NCBI GenBank assembly: GCA_963764625.1
Contig: CAVXTH010000006.1
Location: forward strand, 736,001-800,000
Direction: 5' to 3'
Length of the DNA stretch: 64,000 bases
From: Candidatus Krumholzibacteriota bacterium
GTDB taxonomy: Bacteria; Krumholzibacteriota; Krumholzibacteriia; JAJRXK01
In this document: in pieces, positions 9,200 to 17,488 of the stretch
Position numbering within the stretch: the first letter of the stretch is position 1
How the letters are laid out: every line of letters starts with the position of its first letter
Translations under genes and position numbers: made by a program
Notes under the pieces: model-generated
The model's database searches: none
The model's input: only the letters and a program-made list of their open reading frames with translations
What the model was told of the DNA's origin: nothing

Positions 9200-10182
9200 T
9201 GGTCTGTCTCTTCTCTCAACTCTCTCCACCTCAAGTCACGCCGGGAAGCGAAGGTTACGATAAGACCGAGCAAAACCGCGAACCAGAGAGTCGCTCCCCG
9301 TATCAGCAGGGTCGCCGCGGTGGCCGAGGATGAAGCAATCCCCGCCTCCCGTAGCACGCCGAACAAGACGGCTTCTGTCCCCACCAGGCCGCCCGGCATG
9401 AAGGTGAGATTTCCTGCGATCGTACTGCCAGCGTAGATCCAGCTGGCCTGCATGAGGGGAATGGACGTCCCCAGCCCCACGAGAATTAGATAGAGCCCCA
9501 CGCATTCGGCGAACCACGCCCCCAAACTCATGAGGAGTGCGGGGATGAGTTTCGCGGTGGAAAAAAGGCGAGCGCCGTCGTGCAAGCTTTCGCTCAGTGC
9601 GGCGGCCCGATTGGAAGTCCACGGGAGTTTCTGCAGCAGATCCAGAAGCACCTGTTGCACGCGTGGACGACCTAGCAGGACCCCGCACAGGAGGGTCAGA
9701 AGGAGGAGGGCGAAGATGCGCGGTTGCAGATTCCGCTGCCCGTGGCCGATCCCGGCCAGGGCCAGAATCGTCAGCGCGAATGCGTCGGTGATCCGGTCGA
9801 CCAGAAGCACCGGAGTGGTGCTTCGAATCGAGTACCCGTGATTCCTCCGCAGAAAGACCAGTTTGTAGATCTCACCGAGTCGCGCGGGCGTCACGACCAT
9901 GGTGAGGCACGAAAAGTAGATCCGGGCGTTGGAAACGATGGGCACCCGGATGTTCAGGGCCTTCAAGAGGAAGTCCCATTTGAGAAAGCGTAAGCCGTAA
10001 TTCAAGAGGCTCAAGGCCAACACTGGCAGGATGAGAGATCGATCGAAGACCTGCCAGGCCTCGTGCAGGGGCTTTCTCGCCAGAAAGAAGGCGAGGAGCA
10101 CGACGAGGAGGGCGAGAGCCGCGAAATAGACGAAGAGATGCCGGCTCAGAAAGATTCGAATGCGTGAGTTGGCGTCGGACAT
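9181..10182 (-). CDS. UPF0104 / lysylphosphatidylglycerol-synthase TM-region flippase-like protein
   Basis: Multi-TM protein with LRFLKW, TPARLGE, DRITD, PGGLVGTEA and LIRGATLWF motifs; 3' end overlaps the BY-kinase gene by 19 nt. Confidence 0.85.
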   Translation of the reverse strand: MSDANSRIRIFLSRHLFVYFAALALLVVLLAFFLARKPLHEAWQVFDRSLILPVLALSLLNYGLRFLKWDFLLKALNIRVPIVSNARIYFSCLTMVVTPARLGEIYKLVFLRRNHGYSIRSTTPVLLVDRITDAFALTILALAGIGHGQRNLQPRIFALLLLTLLCGVLLGRPRVQQVLLDLLQKLPWTSNRAAALSESLHDGARLFSTAKLIPALLMSLGAWFAECVGLYLILVGLGTSIPLMQASWIYAGSTIAGNLTFMPGGLVGTEAVLFGVLREAGIASSSATAATLLIRGATLWFAVLLGLIVTFASRRDLRWRELREETDHYSSSP

Positions 10183-10190
10183 GGGGAATT

Positions 10191-10205
10191 TGGCTTGGAT
10201 CCTGC
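10191..10205 (+). promoter_or_regulatory. Possible weak sigma54 promoter for the porV-like/exosortase genes
   Basis: TGGCTTGGATCCTGC has GG-N10-GC spacing but deviates from consensus at several positions. Confidence 0.3.
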
Positions 10206-10254
10206 CCAGTCTGTGGATTGGGGACGGTCGAAAAGGGAGCGTAGAGTCTTGCAC

Positions 10255-11184
10255 ATGAAGCGTCAATCAAGACGAGTCCAATTCTTTCTCAGCGTCGCGG
10301 GATGCATCCTCCTCTTCCTTTCCGTGGCTCCTAGGCCCCTTTTGGCTCAAGAGTCCAGTGGAACGTTTCTGACGATTCCCGTCGACGTCGTGGGCGCCGG
10401 CATGGGTGGAGCAGATGTTGCACGAATCAGCCACGGCATTTCGCCTTTCGCGAACCCGGCCGGCTCGGCCGTGAATTTCAGTTCCGCCACCTTGACCCAC
10501 GAGCTCTGGCTCGCCGAACAGCGCGTCAACGCGCTGGCGATCCAGATGCCCTTGCAAAAAGGTCGCTCGGGGCTGGCCCTCACCGGGAGAATGGTGAGCC
10601 ACGCGACCGTCCCTCGCTTCGATGCCAATGGCAATCGCATGGGTTCGCTCGAGCCCCAGGACTTGAGCCTGGGCGCTACCTACGCCATGCGCTTCGGCAT
10701 GGTGACCCTCGGAGCCGGCGCACGGTACATCCAGGAGAACCTGGAAGTGGCCAAGGGAACCGGCTTCTCCTTCGATCTCGGAGCGCTGCTCGACGTGGGA
10801 CCGGCCCGGTTCGGGCTGGCTGGCACCAACCTCTTCGGCTACCTGAATTACGATGGGAGCAGCTATGACCCCCCGCGGAGAATCGCGGGAGGGGTCGCGG
10901 TCTCTCCGGGCTTCCATGAGCTCGAATTCGTGGCCCAGTACAACGATTGGCGCTACGGGGACCAGGACCTCGCGCTGGGGGCGCAGTGGTCGGCCCTGCG
11001 CGGCGTTTTGAACCTGCGCGCCGGATATGTCGCACTGACCCAATCCTCGCAGGAGGAGAGCTTCTCTCCCGTGCGGTTCGGGTTCACGATCGCCCATTCC
11101 GGACTCGCTCTGGATTATGCCTACGTTCCGCACAAGGAACTGGGGCAAGCGCATTTGCTTTCCCTCCGCTGGATGAAGCAGTAG
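10255..11184 (+). CDS. PorV/PorQ-family (FadL-like) outer-membrane beta-barrel protein
   Basis: Signal peptide; FLTIPV...AGMGGA...NPAG N-terminal signature; alternating beta strands (FSFDLGAL, LNLRAGY, LDYAYVPHKELGQAHLLSL). Confidence 0.78.
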   Translation: MKRQSRRVQFFLSVAGCILLFLSVAPRPLLAQESSGTFLTIPVDVVGAGMGGADVARISHGISPFANPAGSAVNFSSATLTHELWLAEQRVNALAIQMPLQKGRSGLALTGRMVSHATVPRFDANGNRMGSLEPQDLSLGATYAMRFGMVTLGAGARYIQENLEVAKGTGFSFDLGALLDVGPARFGLAGTNLFGYLNYDGSSYDPPRRIAGGVAVSPGFHELEFVAQYNDWRYGDQDLALGAQWSALRGVLNLRAGYVALTQSSQEESFSPVRFGFTIAHSGLALDYAYVPHKELGQAHLLSLRWMKQ

Positions 11185-11296
11185 TCTCTCGACCCGGACC
11201 GTTCGCCTCGAGGGCGGCCGGGTCGATGAAATCTGGCTTCGATCGCTCCCCTTCGGGGGGCGCCATCAGGGGGGGCGTCGTGCCCGCAAGGACGCG

Positions 11297-12124
11297 ATGA
11301 AATCCATGCGGCTCCGCTTCACCGTGGTCTTCGCCGCGCTGGCCTTCGTCTTGGCCTATGCCCGGATCCTGCAGAGCTGGATCGCGGACCTGTACTCCGA
11401 TCCCAACTATGGCCATGGACTCGTCCTGGGTTGCCTTCTGCTTGCCCTGGGAGCGTGGCGTAGCCTGAAGCGCGATCCGGTGCAGCATCCGGGTGGGCGC
11501 AATTTCTGGTGGGTCTGGGGCCTTCTCGCGCTGGGAATGGCCGTGGGCGGCCTTCTGGTCGCCAATGACAGCCTCATGCGCTGGTCCCTGGTCCTGGCCG
11601 CTCTGGCCTGCGTGGAGGCGCTCGCCCCGGTTTCGATGGTGAGAGCGTGGCGAGGCCCCCTTCTGGCCCTGCTGCTCTTGGTGCCCTGGCCCTACGTGAT
11701 CTACTATCTCGCGACTGCGCATCTCCAGCGGATGTCCTCGGCCGCCGCCGCGTTCCTACTTCATGCGAGTGGCGTGCCCTTGGCCCGAGACGGGAATCTG
11801 CTCCACTTTTCCGGCTACGATCTCGAGGTGGTGGAGGCCTGCAGCGGGTTGCGTAGCCTCTTGGTCATGAGTGCTCTGGCCGCCTTTCTCGCCGCCGTCG
11901 CGCGCCTGTCCTCGCGCCGGACCATCTTCATGCTCTTGCTTTCCGTTCCCCTCGCATTGGGGGCGAATCTGTTCCGGCTCGTCCTCACCGGATACGGGGC
12001 CCAGTTGGGGGGACCCAAGACGGCGGAGAACATCTTCCATCTCGGCGGCGGACTCTTGAGTTTCGCGCTCGGCGTGATCGTCTTGGGGTTGGCTGCGTTC
12101 TATCCGCGCGGGAGAAAGGCATGA
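11297..12124 (+). CDS. Exosortase (EpsH/archaeosortase family)
   Basis: Multi-TM; YGHG, RDGNLL, VVEACSGLRS (catalytic Cys), ANLFR (Arg) and FHLGGG (His). Confidence 0.92.
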   Translation: MKSMRLRFTVVFAALAFVLAYARILQSWIADLYSDPNYGHGLVLGCLLLALGAWRSLKRDPVQHPGGRNFWWVWGLLALGMAVGGLLVANDSLMRWSLVLAALACVEALAPVSMVRAWRGPLLALLLLVPWPYVIYYLATAHLQRMSSAAAAFLLHASGVPLARDGNLLHFSGYDLEVVEACSGLRSLLVMSALAAFLAAVARLSSRRTIFMLLLSVPLALGANLFRLVLTGYGAQLGGPKTAENIFHLGGGLLSFALGVIVLGLAAFYPRGRKA

Positions 12125-12756
12125 AGCGAGGGACTCGCGGTCTCCTCCTGGGTCTGGGATTTCTCGGCGTGGCCGGGCTCTCCCATCGGCTGCAGACTCC
12201 GGTCGCTGAGGCGGAGTGGTCGAAGGACTTCGCGACCAGTGTACTCCAGGAAGAAGGAGTCACTCAACTTCCAGTCTCCTTGCAGGCAAGGGAGGCGCTT
12301 GGCGTCGACCGCTACCGTTTCGTGGAGGTGGAGAACGAGGATTGGGCACCGGTGTGGATCTACGCCGGGTACTACGCGGGGCAGAGAACCAATGCGCAAG
12401 TTCACGCCCCCGAACACTGTTATCCGGGTGCGGGCTGGGGAATCGTTGCAAGTAGAGTGGTGCAAAGGAATCAAGAGTCGCTGCACGAGCTCTCGATCGA
12501 AAAGCGCGGTGAGAAGCGTCTCGTCTGGTATGCCTATCGCACGCGGCGCGGGCAAGCCACGAGCGCACTCGGACTCAAGCTGGATCAGATGTTCTCCGCT
12601 CTGCGGGGCGCCCCGCGCGACGCGCTTCTGCTACGTCTCAGCACCCCCGTTCTGGACGTGGAGGGAGAGAAGGTAGCGCAACGGAGACTGGCGGAATCCT
12701 GGGACACCTACGGCAGCGAGGTCATCGGCTGGTACGAGAGGAGGGGAGACCGGTGA
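12121..12756 (+). CDS. EpsI-family exosortase-associated protein
   Basis: ATG overlaps the exosortase stop; N-terminal anchor, YAGYY..Q...QVHAPEHCYPGAGW, LLRLSTP. Confidence 0.87.
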   Translation: MKRGTRGLLLGLGFLGVAGLSHRLQTPVAEAEWSKDFATSVLQEEGVTQLPVSLQAREALGVDRYRFVEVENEDWAPVWIYAGYYAGQRTNAQVHAPEHCYPGAGWGIVASRVVQRNQESLHELSIEKRGEKRLVWYAYRTRRGQATSALGLKLDQMFSALRGAPRDALLLRLSTPVLDVEGEKVAQRRLAESWDTYGSEVIGWYERRGDR

Positions 12757-13595
12757 ATTTCCTGCGCTTCATCGAAGATCTGATTCGCCTGGTGGTCCTC
12801 GCCCTCTTGGATCTGAAACGGGCCGGCGTGCGGCTCATCCTGTTTGCCGCACTTGCGGCGGAAGTCCTGGTGCTCATCATTTGCGCCGACCCGACCTTTC
12901 CCGCCTGGAGTGGAGTGGTGATCCCCCTCCTGGAGCGCGTCTTCGGCGCGTACTACCTCCACTATCCCCAGTCCTACATCGGTCTTCCCGCTACCGGCGC
13001 GGTGGGTAAGCTCTTGATCGATCTCTTCGTGAGTCCTTTCGTGTTGGCCTGGTGCGGAATGGCGATTCTCCGAGTCACCGGAGACGAAAGGGCGAAGAGA
13101 CAATCTCTGTTCTCCTCGAGCTTGCACTACTATGCGCCCTTCTTCCTCTTGACCTGTCTGGAGATTGGCGTCTGGGTTCTGTTCTACGGACTGCCCGTCT
13201 ACCTGCTCAACACCAGGTTCAATTTGGCGTACCGAACTCATGCCGCGGTCACCATCTTCGGAAGTCTTCTTCCGCTCTTGCTCCTGACCCCTCTCTTCTT
13301 CGTTCCGCCGCATCTGCTGCGTGAGGGGAAGGGGCTGGGCCGCGCGATCGGCTCCAGCTTCTCTCGCGCGCGCAAGGATCCTGCGTGGCCTTTGGCCTTC
13401 GTGGCCTTGCCCTGGCTCGCGAGCGTGCCCCTTTCGCTGGCACTGCAGCGTTCGGCACGCCTGGCTGCGCAACTTCGGCCGGAAATCGTGTTGGTGGCGG
13501 TTGCGTTGCAAGCCGCGATCTTTCTCTTGTTCGGGTTCATCGCACTGGACGCCGCCATCCGGATCTTCCTCAAACCCCGGAGCCGTGGATTATGA
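12753..13595 (+). CDS. Hypothetical multi-pass membrane protein
   Basis: About 5-6 hydrophobic segments; coupled to both neighbours by 4-nt overlaps. Confidence 0.75.
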   Translation: MNFLRFIEDLIRLVVLALLDLKRAGVRLILFAALAAEVLVLIICADPTFPAWSGVVIPLLERVFGAYYLHYPQSYIGLPATGAVGKLLIDLFVSPFVLAWCGMAILRVTGDERAKRQSLFSSSLHYYAPFFLLTCLEIGVWVLFYGLPVYLLNTRFNLAYRTHAAVTIFGSLLPLLLLTPLFFVPPHLLREGKGLGRAIGSSFSRARKDPAWPLAFVALPWLASVPLSLALQRSARLAAQLRPEIVLVAVALQAAIFLLFGFIALDAAIRIFLKPRSRGL

Positions 13596-15097
13596 GAGTT
13601 CGGCATGCCTGCTTTCTGCTCCTGGTCGTGCTCTGCGGCTGCGGGAGACAGGACATGCGTGCTCGTTACCTGGCAGAGCGCGCGCGCTATTGGGCCGAGC
13701 GCGAGGCGATCAGTTTTTCCCTCGAAGCGGATCCCAAGATTCGCAGCGGATATTATCGCACCGGTCTCGCGTACATCGAGGTGGCGCAGCGCGCCGATCC
13801 CAGCCAGGTGCACGGCAAGAGTGATCCGAAGATTCTCGCCGAGCTCTCCTCTCTCCAGGCCTGGGGGCGCATCCAGTCGGGGGATGCCTTCCTGCGCGCC
13901 GGTCGCTTCGATCTGGCCGAAGTCCAACTCCGCGCGGCTCAGGAGGAGGGTCCCATGGTCCTGCGGCGACAGGCGGCGCTGCTGCGCGCGGAGTCGGCGC
14001 GCACGCAGGAACGATGGGAGGAGGCGATCACGTTTTATGGACAGTTTCAGGACCTCATGCAGGAGCCGCCGGTGCCCTCGACCCTCGACCCCCGAGTCCT
14101 GAGACTGCCTCTGGTCTTGGTGCAGGATCTCTTCGGCCGAGCAGACAGCGAGCTCGTGGAGAAAGCTCGACTCGAGGGGCATCGCTTCTATGCCTGGATC
14201 CAGAAGCAGTGGGCGGGCCAGCCCACCGGGGACAGGGCTGCCTTTCTGGACCACCGGTTGGACATCGCGACGCAGAAGTGGAAGGAGGCCGAGCTGAGTC
14301 TGAGCCGCTACGAGGCGCGTGACCTGTCCAGCGGGGACCGTTTGAACGCGCTCTTCGATCGGGCCGAGATCCTGGCCCATGGACTCGGCAAGCTCGCTCG
14401 CGCGGACTCCCTTTACTTGAGGGTCATTGAGGAGTCCGAAAACGAGACCCTGCGCGGCCTGGCCCATTTGCGACGCGCGGAAGTTCTCCTGACGATGAAG
14501 CAGCCCGATGCCGCCATGCGCGAACTCGACAGCGTGGTGAGCGACTTTCCCAACGAGCGACGTCTCGCCGCGGCCGCGCTCCTGCGCAAGTCCGAAGTGC
14601 TTCTGGACAGCTCCGACTGGTCCGGTGCACAGAAGACGCTACGGCGCCTCATCCAACGCTATCCCGACACGGCCGCGGGCCTGCAAGCGCCGATGCACCT
14701 AGTGGATATCCAAGAACGACGGGGTGGCGGGAGCTCGGCCAGCAACGAGCTCCATCGCGCCGTCGAGCAGTATCAGCGCTTGATCTCCGGCCACGCCTCG
14801 GCCGGCGCGGTCGGCCTCGAGGCGAGAGAGAACTCGGTGGATTGTCTGCTCCGATTGCACGAATACGAGGACGCCCTGCGCCAGCTCGAGCAGATCCATC
14901 ACATCCTCGGTCGCGACAAGAGAGGGGGTGAGGCGCTGCTGAGGGCGGCGGAGATTGCCCGCGACGATATGAAGAACCCCAGGCTGTGCCGCCTCTATCT
15001 GGAGTGGGTCGACGAGCAGGTACCGGGAAGCCGGGCTGCGCTTCGGGCGCGAGAAATGCTCGAGGAGATGGGTTTCACGCCCAAGAGTGGCAGCTGA
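13592..15097 (+). CDS. TPR-repeat lipoprotein
   Basis: Lipobox LVVLCG-C; multiple TPR-like helical repeats (ADSLYLRVIE, LIQRYPDT). Confidence 0.8.
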   Translation: MRVRHACFLLLVVLCGCGRQDMRARYLAERARYWAEREAISFSLEADPKIRSGYYRTGLAYIEVAQRADPSQVHGKSDPKILAELSSLQAWGRIQSGDAFLRAGRFDLAEVQLRAAQEEGPMVLRRQAALLRAESARTQERWEEAITFYGQFQDLMQEPPVPSTLDPRVLRLPLVLVQDLFGRADSELVEKARLEGHRFYAWIQKQWAGQPTGDRAAFLDHRLDIATQKWKEAELSLSRYEARDLSSGDRLNALFDRAEILAHGLGKLARADSLYLRVIEESENETLRGLAHLRRAEVLLTMKQPDAAMRELDSVVSDFPNERRLAAAALLRKSEVLLDSSDWSGAQKTLRRLIQRYPDTAAGLQAPMHLVDIQERRGGGSSASNELHRAVEQYQRLISGHASAGAVGLEARENSVDCLLRLHEYEDALRQLEQIHHILGRDKRGGEALLRAAEIARDDMKNPRLCRLYLEWVDEQVPGSRAALRAREMLEEMGFTPKSGS

Positions 15098-15125
15098 GCA
15101 TGACTCGCCGCGCGTGCCTAAACGA

Positions 15126-15154
15126 TTGATTCCATAGTGTTGCGGTTCTAGACT
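15126..15154 (+). promoter_or_regulatory. Sigma70 promoter
   Basis: TTGATT-N17-TAGACT, about 30 nt upstream of the ATG at 15186. Confidence 0.55.
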
Positions 15155-15185
15155 GTCCGCTGTGTCCACCAGCCGAAAGGGCCTC

Positions 15186-16301
15186 ATGCGCCAGATACTC
15201 CTGCTCTTGCTTCTCATTTTGCTCCTGCCGATTCGCGCGCGGGGGCAAGAGAAGTCACCCAATGCCTTTCGCATAACTTCACAGGTGGCGGAGAGTGAGA
15301 TTGTCCTGATCGGTGGCGGTCTCAAGCAGTCCTCCATGGCGCCGCTCGCGATCGATGAGCTCGCAACGGGGCGCTACGAAGTTCGGCTCTATCGCGGGGG
15401 AGTTCTCTGCGCGAAAACCACAATGGATGCGGGGGACAGACTGCGGCTTTCGGATCGTCGCGGAAGCCGGGTTCTGCTTTCCGCGATCGTTCCGGGCCTG
15501 GGTCAACTGCGCGATTTCCGATGGGGGTCGGGTTTGGTTCCCATGGCCGAAGTGGGGACCGCGATCGGACAGGCCTTCCGCTACTCCGCGAAGGTGCACG
15601 ATCAACAGCAGGTCTTGGATACGGTGGTGGCGCAGACTTCATCCGCGGACAAACTAACCCCGGGCTACGGACGGCTCTCGGCCCATTTGCAGGACAACGT
15701 CTGGCTGGAGGAACAGACCCGCAACAACTACGCCTACCTGGCACTCTACTCGCACGTGGGCAACATCCTCCACGCAGCGGTACGGCGCGGCCCGTACCGT
15801 TTCGAGCTTTCAGGGACGCGGAGCGTCGCGGCCCGGTACCTACCGCCCTCGAAAACAAGCGTGGGATTTCTCTCGCTTCTCTACCCGGGCCTGGGGCAGA
15901 CCCGCCTCGGCTACGAGACGCGCGGACTCTTGTGGTCCTCGCTGGGCTTCGTGGCCGGAATGACCCTGGTGGAGACCCAGCGCTTCCTCGATCAACGAAC
16001 AGTGAGCGAGCAGGACGCCGGGCGGATCGTGGCCTTGGAAGCCGGACAGGGAGGAGTCACCCCCGAGGCTCTGGCCCGTTGGGCGACGGCGCAGGGAGAT
16101 GTCGAGAGCGCGAAATCACGCAGGCGTGCGGTGATTTTCGGCATGGGAGCCCTCTGGATTCTGAATGTCGCGGATGCGATTTTCCTGGAGGACGACGCGC
16201 CGGTTCCCCTGGAAAACGGGCGAATCGGGGCGCTAGGAGTCGATTTGCGAGTCGCGTGGGTGGGAGAGGCCCCCGGTCTGAGTCTTGCCCGACGCTTCTG
16301 A
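15186..16301 (+). CDS. Secreted/membrane hypothetical protein with two PGLGQ repeats (DUF5683-like)
   Basis: Signal peptide; LLSAIVPGLGQ and FLSLLYPGLGQ repeats; ends in a beta-strand-like GLSLARRF. Confidence 0.7.
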   Translation: MRQILLLLLLILLLPIRARGQEKSPNAFRITSQVAESEIVLIGGGLKQSSMAPLAIDELATGRYEVRLYRGGVLCAKTTMDAGDRLRLSDRRGSRVLLSAIVPGLGQLRDFRWGSGLVPMAEVGTAIGQAFRYSAKVHDQQQVLDTVVAQTSSADKLTPGYGRLSAHLQDNVWLEEQTRNNYAYLALYSHVGNILHAAVRRGPYRFELSGTRSVAARYLPPSKTSVGFLSLLYPGLGQTRLGYETRGLLWSSLGFVAGMTLVETQRFLDQRTVSEQDAGRIVALEAGQGGVTPEALARWATAQGDVESAKSRRRAVIFGMGALWILNVADAIFLEDDAPVPLENGRIGALGVDLRVAWVGEAPGLSLARRF

Positions 16302-16521
16302 TTTCAGCGGCCGGGATCTTGCCTGGCCGAAGGGGAAAGAACGAGCTAATCTCGTCCTTGACAAGATGGGGTGAGGCCTACCGGCGCCCGCTCCACTTCG
16401 TGGCCTTCCGGGCATGCCAGCAGAAGTCCCAGCTTCGAGCTCCAACCGGAAGATCACGGTCCAGATCAGCTCTCAGTTTCGAGTTGAGACGCTTGCCGGA
16501 ATCGGTGTGGAAAGGTCCAGA

Positions 16522-17319
16522 ATGCAGCTCCACCCCTCGATGATCGAGCATGTGGGTACATCGCGAGCTTACGACGCCCCGCAGCTGAAGTATCTCGGGA
16601 GCCCCATCCCTCTCTACGGGCAAGTTCCTCGCTGGAAGCGCGTCGTCAAGCGTGGCTTCGACATCGTCTTCTCCTTGGTGGGCTTGACCCTCTTTATCGT
16701 CCTCTTGCCCTTCCTCGCTCTGGCGATCAAGATCGAATCGCGTGGGCCGGTTTTCTACGGACAGATTCGGGTGGGTATCAACCGGCGCGGCCGTGAACGG
16801 CGGCGGGAAGAATCCGAGGCACCGGAAATCGGTGAAAGGCGCTGCCGGCAACAGAGTCGAGAAGTGCGCAAGGTCATTGCGGAAGGTCGACCCTTCCAGA
16901 TCTGGAAACTGCGTACGATGTACATCAATTCCGAGTCGGAGGGGATGCGCTGGGCGAGCGAGAACGATCCACGGATCACTCGCATCGGACGTCTCTTGCG
17001 TCTCACCCGCATGGATGAATTCCCGCAGTTCTACAACGTGCTACGTGGTTCGATGAGCGTGGTGGGTCCACGGCCCGAGCGGCCGCCGTTCATCTCGCTC
17101 CTCAGCCGCGAGGTCCCCGGCTATCTGGAGCGACTCCGCTTCAAGCCCGGGATCACCGGTCTCGCCCAGGTCGAGAGCGGCTACGACGAATCGCTCGATA
17201 GCGTGCACAGGAAAGTGGCCCTCGACCTGGAGTACATCACCAAGTTCGGTCTGCTGCGCGACCTCCGGCTCCTGGTGGCGACGGTTCGGGTCGTACTGAC
17301 CGGGCGGGGGGCTCTCTAG
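16522..17319 (+). CDS. Priming sugar transferase (Bac_transf / WcaJ C-terminal type phosphoglycosyl transferase)
   Basis: KRGFDI, GPVFYGQ.RVG, KLRTM, DPRITRIG..LR.TRMDEFPQ..NVLRGSMSVVGPRPE, KPGITGLAQV; start may be as early as 16414. Confidence 0.92.
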   Translation: MQLHPSMIEHVGTSRAYDAPQLKYLGSPIPLYGQVPRWKRVVKRGFDIVFSLVGLTLFIVLLPFLALAIKIESRGPVFYGQIRVGINRRGRERRREESEAPEIGERRCRQQSREVRKVIAEGRPFQIWKLRTMYINSESEGMRWASENDPRITRIGRLLRLTRMDEFPQFYNVLRGSMSVVGPRPERPPFISLLSREVPGYLERLRFKPGITGLAQVESGYDESLDSVHRKVALDLEYITKFGLLRDLRLLVATVRVVLTGRGAL

Positions 17320-17432
17320 GGCGTTTTGCGCCTTTTGGTTGGCCCGCATCTCCTCGTTTCCCGTGAACGCCATTCCCCCTCAGACCGTCCTGGACGGCTC
17401 AGTGCGGGCCGGCTGGGGAATTTAGCGCAGCT

Positions 17433-17447
17433 GGGCACGATCCTTGA
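17433..17447 (+). promoter_or_regulatory. Possible sigma54-like promoter for the kinase/regulator pair
   Basis: GGGCACGATCCTTGA has a good -24 box and correct spacing, but GA instead of GC at -12; about 40 nt before ATG 17489. Confidence 0.35.
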
Positions 17448-17488
17448 TGGACCATGACGTGAACTCCTGGGGGAGTGCTGCGAGCGTC

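Noticed and set aside
16358-16390. TTGACA upstream of the sugar transferase
   Set aside because: No convincing -10 box at 16-18 nt spacing.
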